A model generated the notes under the pieces. That model was not told where the DNA came from. It did no database searches and saw nothing but the letters and a program-made list of their open reading frames with translations. The position numbers and the translations under genes were made by a program. A stretch of 61,046 nucleotides of DNA from Candidatus Cloacimonadota bacterium. GTDB taxonomy: Bacteria; Cloacimonadota; Cloacimonadia; Cloacimonadales; Cloacimonadaceae. Positions 46,962 through 57,411 of the stretch are shown piece after piece. The first letter of the stretch is position 1; every line of letters starts with the position of its first letter. Where the stretch lies: positions 1-61,046 of the forward strand of contig JAJBBD010000138.1 of assembly GCA_020532355.1 (NCBI GenBank), given 5' to 3'.

Positions 46962-47049
46962 GCTGAAGTGGTGAAATTGGTATACACGCTAGTTTCAGGG
47001 ACTAGTGAGCAATACGCTCATGGGGGTTCGAGTCCCCCCTTCAGCACCA
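46962..47049 (+). tRNA. tRNA-Leu (anticodon CAG)
   Basis: Hand-folded. Acceptor GCTGAAG/CTTCAGC. 3-bp D stem GTG/CAC. Anticodon stem CTAGT/ACTAG with loop TTCAGGG. Long variable arm GAGC-aatac-GCTC. T arm GGGGG-TTCGAGT-CCCCC. Encoded ACCA end. A TTGACA hexamer lies at 46919-46924. Confidence 0.9.
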
Positions 47050-47194
47050 TTATTTTACTCCTAGTTCAGCAATTATTCTCTCTAATCTCGTAAGTTAGGC
47101 AAGCTATCAATCTTTGGTTCAACGTTTGAATAAAAAGATTGACTTATAGTAGCATATAGCTTTTTATTGTTTCATCATCAAAAAGGAGAATGCC

Positions 47195-47713
47195 ATGCAA
47201 AGCTATCGAGATATTATCGAGCGGTTAAACCTTTTGCCTCATCCAGAAGGAGGTTACTATCGTAGAAACTGGCAATCTGAGCTAGAGGCAGAAGCACAAG
47301 ATACAACTGGCAAAAAGATACATTCCCGACGCAGTATTGGCTCATCAATACTATATCTGCTTCCATTTCAGGAAGTTAGTGCTTGGCATAGGGTATCTTG
47401 TGATGAAATGTGGCATTATTATGCAGGCAGCCCGCTTAAGCTTATTCTTTTAAGCAAACAACACGGCATGCGGCAACAGGTTTTGGGAAATAATTTGCAT
47501 AATGATGAACTGCCCCAGTTTATTATTCCACGCAATACCTGGTTTTGTGCAGAAGTGATCGAGATAGATTCATACAGTTTTTGTGGTTGCACCTTATGGC
47601 CTTCATTTAGCTATGCAGATTTTGAATTGGCAAATAAGGAGAGACTTTTGGAAGAATTTCCCGAACATCGTGATCTGATAAATCACATCTTCGACAAACA
47701 GAAATTTGAATAA
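47195..47713 (+). CDS. cupin-fold protein (DUF985 family)
   Basis: LNLLPHPEGGYYRR ... SILYLL ... WHRV..DEMWHYY.G.PL, typical of DUF985 cupins. Confidence 0.75.
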   Translation: MQSYRDIIERLNLLPHPEGGYYRRNWQSELEAEAQDTTGKKIHSRRSIGSSILYLLPFQEVSAWHRVSCDEMWHYYAGSPLKLILLSKQHGMRQQVLGNNLHNDELPQFIIPRNTWFCAEVIEIDSYSFCGCTLWPSFSYADFELANKERLLEEFPEHRDLINHIFDKQKFE

Positions 47714-47723
47714 CGGAGTTAAA

Positions 47724-49061
47724 ATGGAAAAAAAGATATTTGTGCTGGATACAAATGTGCTGATTCATAACCCACGCGCTCTTTTTGCTTTTGAGGATAA
47801 TCGAGTAGTAATCCCAATAGTAGTAATTGAAGAAATAGATCAGTTTAAGAAGGGTCTCGATGAAAAAAGTCGTAATGCCAGACAAATTGGCAGGTATTTG
47901 GATGATCTTCGCAAGAACGGAAAGCTTCAAGAGGGTGTGCCAACAGATCAGGGGGGCATAATCCAAGTAACGGTAAATCGAGAAGTTACAGACGCAGCAT
48001 CGAAACTAATATTTATGGATAGAAACGATAACCTGATAATCGGAACCGCTTTATATTTTCAACAAAAATATCCGGATTCTAAAGTAATCTTAGTATCGAA
48101 AGATGTTAATGTACGCATTAAAGCGGATACTATGGGTATTCAAGCTGAGAACTTTGAGAACGATACAATCAATTTTGATGAATTTTTTACTGGCTGGACT
48201 CATGAAGAACTACCTGGAGAATTGCTGGAAAAACTCAATCAAAATGACTATATTAATAACCCTCTTGAGAACCTGTTTCCCAATCAGTTTGTGCGGATTA
48301 CTTCTGAAGGGCACAGCGAAAGAATTCAAACCTTACGCTACAATGCAGAGAGTAACAAATTGTTTAAACTTAGCCATTATAAGGGGCAGGATGTTTTTGG
48401 CATCACAGCGCGAAATTTTGAGCAGGAAATGGCTTTAGACTTGTTGTTGGATGACGATATTAAGCTGGTTAGCCTTTCCGGTAAAGCCGGCACCGGAAAG
48501 ACGCTTTTGGCTATTGCCGCCGGTTTGGCAAAAGTGGTCGATGAAGAACGCTATACTAGACTGGTTATCTCTCGCCCCATCTCTCCACTGGGGAAAGACT
48601 TGGGTTATCTGCCCGGCAATAAAGCCGAAAAATTTAATCCTTGGATGCAACCTATTTATGACAATATGGACATTCTTCTTTCCTTGCATGACGAGAAGCA
48701 AGAAGGACAAAGAACTAAAAAGAAAGCCACCATTGATGATTATATGGATTATGGATTCTTGGAATTGGAGCCACTCACCTATATTCGTGGGCGTAGCCTT
48801 CCAGATCAGTTTATAATAATTGACGAAGCGCAGAATCTTAGTCCCCACGAGATGAAAACTATTATAACCCGAGCAGGGAAAAACACCAAAATTGTGCTCA
48901 CCGGAGACCCATATCAGATCGACATCCCTTACCTGGATGCAATAAGCAACGGTCTTTCTGTAGCTGTAGAAAAGCTAAAGGGAGAACCGATGGTAGGTCA
49001 TATGACTTTAGAAAAAGGAGAGCGCTCCGCTTTAGCAGATCTGGCGGCAAAATACTTTTGA
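47724..49061 (+). CDS. PIN-domain / PhoH-like ATPase (PhoH2/YlaK type)
   Basis: Start placed at the ATG after a GGAG RBS. PIN N-terminus (IFVLDTNVLIHNP). PhoH core with Walker A GKAGTGKT and Walker B FIIIDEAQN. Confidence 0.85.
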   Translation: MEKKIFVLDTNVLIHNPRALFAFEDNRVVIPIVVIEEIDQFKKGLDEKSRNARQIGRYLDDLRKNGKLQEGVPTDQGGIIQVTVNREVTDAASKLIFMDRNDNLIIGTALYFQQKYPDSKVILVSKDVNVRIKADTMGIQAENFENDTINFDEFFTGWTHEELPGELLEKLNQNDYINNPLENLFPNQFVRITSEGHSERIQTLRYNAESNKLFKLSHYKGQDVFGITARNFEQEMALDLLLDDDIKLVSLSGKAGTGKTLLAIAAGLAKVVDEERYTRLVISRPISPLGKDLGYLPGNKAEKFNPWMQPIYDNMDILLSLHDEKQEGQRTKKKATIDDYMDYGFLELEPLTYIRGRSLPDQFIIIDEAQNLSPHEMKTIITRAGKNTKIVLTGDPYQIDIPYLDAISNGLSVAVEKLKGEPMVGHMTLEKGERSALADLAAKYF

Positions 49062-50947
49062 TGGAACGTAAAATAGTGGAACGCAGCTGGGTAGAAATTG
49101 ATCTGGCGGCGTTTAGAAAAAATCTTAGCTTTCTCAAGACTTTTCTGCAACCGTATCAGTCATTTTTACAGATCGTAAAAGCAGATGCCTATGGACATGG
49201 CGCAAAAGAGATCGCCGAAACAGCCCTTTCAGAAGGGGCAGTTTATCTGGGAGTTGCAAATGTGGAAGAAGGCAAATTGCTTAGAATACAGGGTATATCT
49301 GCCCCTATTCTCATCCTGTCTCCCAGTTTAGCATCTGAAACTGATGAAATAGTAAAATACGATCTTGTACCAGCAGTTTCAGATTTGGACTTTGCCGATT
49401 CTCTGACACAAGCAGCCATCAACGCAGAGCAAAGCGTTAAGATCCATCTAAAAATCGATACAGGTATGCACCGCAGTGGAATACGCATAGAAGAAGCCAA
49501 TAGTTTTTATACAAGTATTCTCCAGTACAAAAACTTGGAAGTAGAAGGCATATTTAGTCATTTTAGCTCGGCGGAAAGCGATCCGGATTTCTGCCATGAA
49601 CAGGAGAAACTTTTTGAAGCATTCATAAGAAATATTGTACCAAAACCTAAATACATCCACATCTCAAATAGTGCCGGAACCATTAATGGGCACGGGAAGC
49701 AGTGCAATCTGTCCCGCTTTGGAATATCCAGTTTTGGGGTAGATAGCATTGGAAAATACCACAATAAACTTAGTCCGGTAATGACCTTCAAATCCATTCT
49801 TAGTCAAGTTAAAACTATTAAAACCGGTGAAAGTGTAGGCTACAATAGAGATTGGGTGGCCACTTCACCCGGCTGCTATGGCATTATTCCTATTGGCTAT
49901 GCAGATGGTTACGACTTCATGCTTTCGGGCAAGGGGCTTGTGTCTGTGCGCGGTGTTTTATGCCCAGTAATCGGAAGAATCTCGATGGATATGATTACAA
50001 TAAATCTTAGCGCTCAACCAGAGGCCAAAGTTGGCGATGAAGTTGAGCTTCTGGGCAATCAAGCCTTGCCTTTACGAGCCGAAAATTTGTCAAAACTATA
50101 TGGTGGTTCTGCTTATGAGCTCTTATGCCAGTTGGGAAGAAGGGCACGCAGATTCTATAAAAGCAATGACCACATATTACATAGCACTCCTTTGGCAAGG
50201 CGGGATTTTATCGCAACAGATTTTGGCGATAGCAAGTTGAATCAGATTATCTCTTCTGCCTTAGCTAAACGTCTGGAAAGTGAGGAAATAGGCGAGCTAA
50301 TCTATCGTGAAATCTTACGAAGCTTTTTTTACGATAAAGATCGGGATGTACATTATCGGCGAAATTTTGTTCATAAAATCAGTTTTGTGGATTGCAGTGA
50401 AAATGGATACTTCCGAGTAAAAACTCTGCTTAGCTACCGCAAGATATTGGATTACAACTATTTTATTGTGGCTTGTGCCGGCTCGGACGAAATATTGAGG
50501 AACTACTTTATGCGCTCTGATGTTGAATATAGATGGCTTCTAGATTCAGGCGTGAGCATCAATAGTAGTAACTTCAAAGTGGATTCGGTAAAAGTGAACC
50601 GACTGGATATGTTAAAGGAGTTAAGATTTCAAAAAGGCGCTTTGGAAATACACTGTCGTCATGTAGAGCTTGATGCCCTGCGAGGCACAGAAGTTGAATT
50701 TGAGATTTGCACAAGCACTCTGTATCCGGCAAATATCCATCAGTTATCTGTATTTATTAGCGAACTAACACGAGGCATAGAAATATCCTTTGAATACCCA
50801 ACAGAACTTGGTAATGTAGAGCCTGTCAGTATATTCTCAGGACAAGAAAAGAATCCTGATGTGAGCCGAGAAGAAAACAAGATCACAATCAAGACCAAAC
50901 CAGATGAATGGGTATTCCCACTTTCGGGTGTTGTTTTCACATATTAA
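49058..50947 (+). CDS. alr: alanine racemase fused to a ~260-aa C-terminal domain of unknown function
   Basis: Residues 1-~370 contain VKADAYGHG (PLP Lys), GESVGYNRDW (catalytic Tyr region), GYADGY and GRISMDM. Residues ~371-629 have no motif I recognise. ATGA overlap with the PhoH2 stop. Confidence 0.8.
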   Translation: MMERKIVERSWVEIDLAAFRKNLSFLKTFLQPYQSFLQIVKADAYGHGAKEIAETALSEGAVYLGVANVEEGKLLRIQGISAPILILSPSLASETDEIVKYDLVPAVSDLDFADSLTQAAINAEQSVKIHLKIDTGMHRSGIRIEEANSFYTSILQYKNLEVEGIFSHFSSAESDPDFCHEQEKLFEAFIRNIVPKPKYIHISNSAGTINGHGKQCNLSRFGISSFGVDSIGKYHNKLSPVMTFKSILSQVKTIKTGESVGYNRDWVATSPGCYGIIPIGYADGYDFMLSGKGLVSVRGVLCPVIGRISMDMITINLSAQPEAKVGDEVELLGNQALPLRAENLSKLYGGSAYELLCQLGRRARRFYKSNDHILHSTPLARRDFIATDFGDSKLNQIISSALAKRLESEEIGELIYREILRSFFYDKDRDVHYRRNFVHKISFVDCSENGYFRVKTLLSYRKILDYNYFIVACAGSDEILRNYFMRSDVEYRWLLDSGVSINSSNFKVDSVKVNRLDMLKELRFQKGALEIHCRHVELDALRGTEVEFEICTSTLYPANIHQLSVFISELTRGIEISFEYPTELGNVEPVSIFSGQEKNPDVSREENKITIKTKPDEWVFPLSGVVFTY

Positions 50948-51094
50948 TTTTCTGGGATTGTAATAAATCGGAGTAATGGACAGCACTACACCCAATTAGT
51001 ATGGTAACCAAAAAGACCATCATTACAAAACCTAAATGTGGCTATTTCCCAAACCATCAATTGTTTTAAGCTATATGACAGCAATCTTAATAAG

Positions 51095-53026
51095 TTAGCC
51101 AATTTCAGGATGCTTATAGTCTATCACAAGAAGTGTAATATCATCCTTACTTCTTGCCCCTTTAGCAAAAATATGTACTTCTTCCAGTATCTTTTTTGCC
51201 GTAATTTCAGGATTGGATAGAGTAAGCTTCCCCAAAATTGTCTCCAAGCCTGTTAAACCTAAGAATTCGTCGTGAGCATTCATTGCTTCGGTGATTCCAT
51301 CCGTAAACAAAATGATTTCATCACCCATATTAAGTTGGATCTCATCGCTACCAATCTCCAGATTCTCAAAAACTCCCAATGCAGTAGAATGAGTTTCGCC
51401 ATACTTAATGAAACTTCGGTCCATTCTGCGTATGTATAGGGGCACATGCCCGCAATTTGAGTATTGCAACGTACCGGTTTTCAAATCCAAGATTCCCAAA
51501 AGTGCCGTAACAAAATTAGTTTCAATATTGTTTCTGCACAAAAAGTTATTAAGTTGCAGCAAAAGATCACTACTTGTTTTATAGAAGGGCGCTATAGAAG
51601 GTAATAATGTAGAAGCCATGGTCATTGCCATTGCAGCCACTATTCCCTTTCCTAAAACATCTGCAATTACAAAGCAGAAATGCTCATCATCAATTAAAAA
51701 ATAGTCATATAGGTCACCGCCAATATCTCCTGCTGGCTCCAGAATGCCATAAGCCCTTAATTCGTTTATCCCGAATGGGTGTTCACTGTTTACTGGAATC
51801 AGCTTGTTTTGAATCTCGCTGGCATATATTACATCTCCGCGAATCTGGTTCTTTTCTTCAGTAGTGATCCGCAAGTTCTTGATATAATCCTTTAGCGATG
51901 CCTGCATTGCCGAAAAGGATTGAGCCAGCGTTGCAATTTCTGCAGTTTTATCAGAAACAGGAATTTGAGCATTAAAGTCTCCGGTCCCAATACGATCAGC
52001 TACTTGCGCAAGCCGCTTGAGGGGGCGCGATACATTTAATACCCTAGCATAGATCATTATTGCTACACTCAAAAAGATCAAGATGTAGGCAACTGTTTGG
52101 ATCATTAGTACTAGACTTACGTCACGCATCAAATAATTTTCATCAATTGCCACACCCACTGACCAACGGTTACTTAATAAGGGCTGGTAATATATCCAAG
52201 CCTTTCTAAAAGGAGAGTTACCTCTAATGCGTACGTGTCCTTGTTTGCCGGAAACCATTGCATAACCCAAGTCGGATAGATCTTTATCGTTATACTCTTC
52301 GGCTAAACTAAATAAGCTTTGATTCATGATCAAATCCGAATTACGGTGTGCCACCAGTGCCCCCGTGGTAGAAACAAGAAAGCTGGAACCAATCTTAAAA
52401 TACCCACTGCCAGAAATAAGCTCTTGTAGATAGCCTAGTTCTATATCAAACCGAATCATCCCTGTGCCTTTACCTGCTTCAAAAATGGGTAATGAGTACG
52501 AAATAACCAGTTCTCCCTTACCTTCGGTATCTACCCAAGGTTCAGACCAATAGGGCAATTCGGTTATATGGGGGATCTGAAACCAATCTTGAAAGCGGTA
52601 ATCTAAACCACTTATGCTTCTGGTTGTATATCGATGCCTAAGCGTAAAATGAATAGTTGGTTCAATACCTTTATCCAAATTCTCCGCAATACAAATAGAA
52701 TGTATTTGGGGGTTATCTAGAAGAATATCGTGCAAAAAAATCTCTTTCTTTTCCACAGTGATATCATGCTCGGATAAAACCTTTCGTGTAATTCTGGCAA
52801 AACCTTCTATTCTAAATAATATGCCATCAATTAGATAGATCCGTTCGTGAGCAAGATGGCGCATATTATCTAATTGATTATCGAGCATGATCTTATGATA
52901 TAAAGAGCGAGTAATCAGAATTGATGCTAAAAAAATTATCAACATAAAGACAAAGACAAAGGATATCAAATGATATGCCAGAGTCCTATCTTCATTTTTG
53001 TACGCCATAGGGGAAAAACTCCTCAT
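51095..53026 (-). CDS. membrane sensor phosphatase: Cache-like periplasmic domain - HAMP - SpoIIE/PP2C
   Basis: TM1, a ~260-aa extracytoplasmic region, and TM2. HAMP (SRPLKRLAQVADRIGTGDFNAQIPV...). PP2C/SpoIIE motifs (GGDLYDYF, VIADVLGKGIVAAMAM, LFTDGITEA). Confidence 0.8.
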   Translation of the reverse strand: MRSFSPMAYKNEDRTLAYHLISFVFVFMLIIFLASILITRSLYHKIMLDNQLDNMRHLAHERIYLIDGILFRIEGFARITRKVLSEHDITVEKKEIFLHDILLDNPQIHSICIAENLDKGIEPTIHFTLRHRYTTRSISGLDYRFQDWFQIPHITELPYWSEPWVDTEGKGELVISYSLPIFEAGKGTGMIRFDIELGYLQELISGSGYFKIGSSFLVSTTGALVAHRNSDLIMNQSLFSLAEEYNDKDLSDLGYAMVSGKQGHVRIRGNSPFRKAWIYYQPLLSNRWSVGVAIDENYLMRDVSLVLMIQTVAYILIFLSVAIMIYARVLNVSRPLKRLAQVADRIGTGDFNAQIPVSDKTAEIATLAQSFSAMQASLKDYIKNLRITTEEKNQIRGDVIYASEIQNKLIPVNSEHPFGINELRAYGILEPAGDIGGDLYDYFLIDDEHFCFVIADVLGKGIVAAMAMTMASTLLPSIAPFYKTSSDLLLQLNNFLCRNNIETNFVTALLGILDLKTGTLQYSNCGHVPLYIRRMDRSFIKYGETHSTALGVFENLEIGSDEIQLNMGDEIILFTDGITEAMNAHDEFLGLTGLETILGKLTLSNPEITAKKILEEVHIFAKGARSKDDITLLVIDYKHPEIG

Positions 53027-54023
53027 ATCTTATGTTTCGTGGAAAATTGTTGTATTCTACCAATGCATTTAAAGCCAGGTTGAAATCTGTCCTTTTTAGC
53101 CAACCTAATTGCTCTTTTGTGGGAGCAATTGCTTCTTTCATGCCTTCCAACATCCATTGTTGATGAGCCCTGTTTGCCTTAAGATTATCTGCTTGCATTC
53201 TTTTTAGTACTACATCCAAGGTTTCATTTATGTGGCTAAATGCATATAACCAACCATCCATTGTTGCCTTTGCGAATGCCTCACACTCTTTGGGATGAGA
53301 CTTGTAGAAACTGGGGGTCACATATAAACCTTCATCTGGTATGGATAAGCCGAATTCGGCAACATCTACCACAAATAAATCCTCTTCTTTGATACCGGCT
53401 TGCAGCATCTGATGGTACTCATTATAGTGCATGGCATTGATAACATCAACTGCATTTTGAGTGAAGAGATTTATCGACCAGTCTATATCAATTACTTTCA
53501 TGGGGATTTGTAGTTTGTTCATAAAGATCTTGGAAATTAGAAATGAAGCACTGCGCCATAAGCCGATTTTTTTCCCCTTAAAATCTTCAATAGAGTTTAT
53601 CCCTCGAGATCTCTTGCCTATAAGGAGTAAAGAATTCTTCTGCGTAATTTGTCCTATATTTACGATCTTGGTGCTATCTCGACAGTGCTCCAAAGCATGA
53701 AGAAGATCCAGGTGTACGATGTCGGTTTTACCCGCAACCAAACTGTCTAGAGCGTCATGAGATTGTAATAGTTCTTGAATTTGTACATTCAAACCGTGTT
53801 GCGCATAAAAACCCTTTTCCAGCGCCATGTATATTCCTGCAAATTGAGCTTGAGTATGCCATTTGGGACGATAGCGGATAGTAAATAGGTCTTGCGTTGA
53901 GTTCGCATCATTGGTAAAAACACTGGAATTATGTTCGCGCAACTTATCTGATTTGCACGACACAAGAGTAAATAGACATAATAGAGCAAGCGTAACAAAA
54001 CTTAAGTTACATCTATCCTTCAT
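52992..54023 (-). CDS. NMT1/THI5-like periplasmic substrate-binding protein
   Basis: Signal peptide with lipobox-like LVSC. RPKWHTQAQFAGIYMALEKGFYAQHGLNVQIQE, typical of the NMT1-like SBP fold. 35-nt overlap with the downstream phosphatase ORF. Confidence 0.7.
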   Translation of the reverse strand: MKDRCNLSFVTLALLCLFTLVSCKSDKLREHNSSVFTNDANSTQDLFTIRYRPKWHTQAQFAGIYMALEKGFYAQHGLNVQIQELLQSHDALDSLVAGKTDIVHLDLLHALEHCRDSTKIVNIGQITQKNSLLLIGKRSRGINSIEDFKGKKIGLWRSASFLISKIFMNKLQIPMKVIDIDWSINLFTQNAVDVINAMHYNEYHQMLQAGIKEEDLFVVDVAEFGLSIPDEGLYVTPSFYKSHPKECEAFAKATMDGWLYAFSHINETLDVVLKRMQADNLKANRAHQQWMLEGMKEAIAPTKEQLGWLKRTDFNLALNALVEYNNFPRNIRYEEFFPYGVQK

Positions 54024-54197
54024 ACTTTCTTCTCCAATGCTTTTTATAGTTTATGGTTTCTATTACAAGCCGAAGAACAGACGCTCATCAACTCAACTAT
54101 AAATTCATTTAATATATTATAGCGCTGTGATTGCAATAAAAATATTGGGATTTAGCCAAAACAACTGTAGAAATAATTCAACTACCCTAATTAAGTT

Positions 54198-55277
54198 CTA
54201 TTCTTCCAGCAAGATAGAAACGGCTAATGCTACAGGTATTTCACCCTTCGCTACCTGTTCACGCAACCTAGGTAGGCGAGATTTTGTAGAATTAGATTGA
54301 TAGAAGCGAGTGAGTACTGCCTCCGAAATTAGATCTTCAAACCAAGCGGCAACTTGATTGAGCCGTCGCTCTGTAAAAATGCCTGATGCCTTTGTTTTAT
54401 CTTGAAATTCAGTTATTGTCTTCCATATCTCGGGAATGCCCACACCATTTTGGGAGGAACAAGTAAGAGCTTTTGTTTTCCATCCTTTAGTAGCATTGCG
54501 GATATAATGTAAAGCATTGTTATATTCACGAGAAGCCAGTTCTGCATTATGGATGTTATCCCCATCTGCCTTATTCACTACAATCAGATCTGCCAATTCC
54601 ATAATACCTTTTTTTATGCCTTGCAATTCGTCTCCAGCTCCGGCTATCTGCATCAAAAGGAAGAAATCTACCATCGAGCGTACTGTGGTTTCGCTCTGTC
54701 CTACTCCCACAGTCTCAATTAAGATTACTTCAAAACCTGCCGCTTCACATAGGACAATGCTTTCTCTGGTTTTTCTGGCTACTCCTCCCAACACTCCGGC
54801 TGCAGGTGAAGGGCGAATGAAGCTCATTTGATTGCGGGCAAGTTCTTCCATGCGAGTTTTATCCCCCAAGATACTGCCGTGTGAAAGGGTGGATGAAGGA
54901 TCCACCGCTAAGACTGCAATCTTCTTTCTCTGTTGGGCAAGATACAAGCCAAAGCGCTCAATGAAGCTGCTTTTCCCCACTCCAGGAACTCCGGTAATTC
55001 CGATACGGATGGAATTACCGGAAAGTGGCAGGAGTCTTTTTAACAGCTCCTGTGCAATCTCGAAATGTTTGGGAGAGTTGCTCTCCACCAATGTTATAGC
55101 CTTAGCCAAAATGGTCCTGTTGCCTGCTATAACTCCGCTTTCCAGGGCATCCAAATCCCAGATTTTTCTGGGATGCCCTTTGTGGGGCTCAGCTACGGAT
55201 TCCTTCTTGCTTATAACCGAGCTGGCAAAAGCTACGCCCGCATTTTCTGGAGTCCATTCTGGTTTGCGTTTATTCAT
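54198..55277 (-). CDS. meaB: methylmalonyl-CoA mutase-associated GTPase MeaB (ArgK family)
   Basis: Walker [24 protein letters not shown]. 8-nt overlap with the end of mutB. Confidence 0.9.
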   Translation of the reverse strand: MNKRKPEWTPENAGVAFASSVISKKESVAEPHKGHPRKIWDLDALESGVIAGNRTILAKAITLVESNSPKHFEIAQELLKRLLPLSGNSIRIGITGVPGVGKSSFIERFGLYLAQQRKKIAVLAVDPSSTLSHGSILGDKTRMEELARNQMSFIRPSPAAGVLGGVARKTRESIVLCEAAGFEVILIETVGVGQSETTVRSMVDFFLLMQIAGAGDELQGIKKGIMELADLIVVNKADGDNIHNAELASREYNNALHYIRNATKGWKTKALTCSSQNGVGIPEIWKTITEFQDKTKASGIFTERRLNQVAAWFEDLISEAVLTRFYQSNSTKSRLPRLREQVAKGEIPVALAVSILLEE

Positions 55278-57411
55278 TGTGCTCCAGCAGTTTTTCCATC
55301 ATTTTCGCTGCTGCCGTAGGCAAATGCGTTCCCGGTCCAAAAATTGCCGATGCTCCATGTTGATACAGATAATCATAATCAGCTTGGGGAATCACGCCTC
55401 CAACAATAACCATAATGTCTTCTCTATCATGTTTTTTAAGCTCTTCCATCAGTTGAGGCAGCAGAGTTTTGTGTCCTGCCGCCAAAGAACTCATCCCAAT
55501 AATGTGTACATCGTTCTCTATTGCTTGACGCGCAGTTTCTTCCGGTGTTTGGAACAGCGGTCCCATGTCCACGTCAAACCCCATATCGGCATAAGCCGTT
55601 GCCACTACTTTCGCACCCCGATCATGGCCATCTTGCCCCATTTTGGCAATCAGGATACGGGGTCTACGCCCTTCCTGTTCTGCAAATTTGTCGGTTAAGG
55701 CTCTAACTTTTTCGATGTCTTCCATATTTGCATACTCGCTACTATAAACATTGCTTATTAGTTTTATCTCTGCCTGATGGCGTCCAAACACCTTTTCCAT
55801 AGCATCTGAAATCTCACCCAAAGAAGCTCGGGCACGAGCAGCTGCGATAGCCAATTCCAGCAGATTCCCGTCCTTATTTTCTGCAGCATTGGTAATGGCA
55901 GCCAATTTATTCTGTACTACCGATTCATCCCGATTTTTGCGCAGCAACTCCAAGCGTGCAAGTTGGGCAGTGCGTACTGCTGAATTATCTACTTCTAAGG
56001 TTTCGATGGGATCTTCTTTATCCAGGCGGTATTTATTAACTCCCACAATTGTATCTGCGCTACTATCGATCTTTGCCTGGCGTCGCGCAGAGGCTTCTTC
56101 AATGCGCATCTTAGGCAAACCGGTTTGTATTGCTTTAGCCATACCACCCAGTTTTTCCACTTCCATTATATGATCCCAAGCCTTATGCATCAGTTCATTG
56201 GTAAGTGTTTCTACGTAATAAGAGCCAGCCCAAGGATCTATAACTTTACACACATTGGTTTCATGCTGTAAGAACAATTGTGTATTACGTGCTATGCGTG
56301 CCGAGAAATCGGTAGGCAATGCAATCGCCTCATCCAGTGAATTTGTATGCAGACTTTGAGTATGCCCCATCGTTGCCGCCAAAGCTTCGATACAAGTGCG
56401 AGCCACATTATTGAATGGATCCTGCTCGGTGAGGCTCCAACCCGATGTTTGCGAGTGTGTTCTTAGCGCCATGGATTTTGGATTTTGAGGCTTAAATTCC
56501 TTGATGATTTTTGCCCAAAGCATGCGTGCACTACGCAATTTAGCTATCTCCATAAAGTAGTTCATACCCTCTGCCCAAAAGAAGGACAATCGCGGTGCAA
56601 ACACATCAATATCGATTCCCGCAGCTATTCCCGTGCGGGCATATTCCAGCCCATCTGCCAGAGTATATGCCATTTCCAGATCTGCCGTAGCGCCGGCTTC
56701 ATGCATGTGATATCCGGAAATACTGATACTATTGAACTTCGGCATCTTACGAGAAGTATAACTGAAGATATCGGCAATAATGCGCATGGATGCTTCCGGT
56801 GGGTAGATATAGGTATTGCGTACCATATATTCTTTCAAAATGTCGTTTTGGATAGTGCCGTTAAGTTGCTCCGGTTTCACCCCCTGCTCTTCGGCAGCCA
56901 CGATGTAGAAAGCCATAATCGGGATCACAGCCCCATTCATTGTCATGGATACACTCATTTTATCCAAAGGAATCTGATCGAAGAGAATCTTCATATCCAA
57001 AATGCTATCCACTGCCACTCCGGCTTTGCCCACATCCCCTATAACGCGAGGATGATCCGAATCGTAGCCCCTGTGTGTGGCAAGATCAAAAGCTATTGAA
57101 AGCCCTTTCTGCCCCATTGCCAGATTGCGGCGATAAAAGGCATTAGATTCTTCTGCTGTCGAGAATCCTGCATATTGACGAATAGTCCACGGCCTCTGCA
57201 CATACATGCTGGGATATGGCCCTCTTAAATACGGTGCTATGCCGCTCAAATAATCCAAATGTTGCAATTCTTTAATATCTTCGGCGCAATAAACTGGTTT
57301 AACGGCTATCTGTTCGTTTGTATGCCAAACATTGTCTATTGTATTAGTTGATACTTCCTTATTTATGATAGAGGAGAAATCCGGTTTGAGTGTCGTAAAA
57401 TCTGGTTTCAT
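55270..57411 (-). CDS. mutB: methylmalonyl-CoA mutase large (catalytic, B12-binding) subunit
   Basis: TIM-barrel substrate domain ([25 protein letters not shown]). C-terminal B12 domain with [12 protein letters not shown] (DxHxxG). Confidence 0.9.
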   Translation of the reverse strand: MKPDFTTLKPDFSSIINKEVSTNTIDNVWHTNEQIAVKPVYCAEDIKELQHLDYLSGIAPYLRGPYPSMYVQRPWTIRQYAGFSTAEESNAFYRRNLAMGQKGLSIAFDLATHRGYDSDHPRVIGDVGKAGVAVDSILDMKILFDQIPLDKMSVSMTMNGAVIPIMAFYIVAAEEQGVKPEQLNGTIQNDILKEYMVRNTYIYPPEASMRIIADIFSYTSRKMPKFNSISISGYHMHEAGATADLEMAYTLADGLEYARTGIAAGIDIDVFAPRLSFFWAEGMNYFMEIAKLRSARMLWAKIIKEFKPQNPKSMALRTHSQTSGWSLTEQDPFNNVARTCIEALAATMGHTQSLHTNSLDEAIALPTDFSARIARNTQLFLQHETNVCKVIDPWAGSYYVETLTNELMHKAWDHIMEVEKLGGMAKAIQTGLPKMRIEEASARRQAKIDSSADTIVGVNKYRLDKEDPIETLEVDNSAVRTAQLARLELLRKNRDESVVQNKLAAITNAAENKDGNLLELAIAAARARASLGEISDAMEKVFGRHQAEIKLISNVYSSEYANMEDIEKVRALTDKFAEQEGRRPRILIAKMGQDGHDRGAKVVATAYADMGFDVDMGPLFQTPEETARQAIENDVHIIGMSSLAAGHKTLLPQLMEELKKHDREDIMVIVGGVIPQADYDYLYQHGASAIFGPGTHLPTAAAKMMEKLLEHNE

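Noticed and set aside
54024-54197. Possible TPP riboswitch upstream of the NMT1/THI5-like binding protein
   Set aside because: No THI-box-like sequence (CUGAGA ... ACCUGA) on the coding strand. Only a TATAAT-like hexamer is visible.
54832-55698. 288-aa plus-strand ORF
   Set aside because: It lies entirely antisense to the well-supported meaB and mutB genes. Its composition is low-complexity Cys/Ser/Arg-rich, and it has no RBS or recognisable motif. It is a shadow ORF.
56485-57099. 204-aa plus-strand ORF
   Set aside because: It is antisense to the catalytic core of mutB and has no motifs. It is a shadow ORF.
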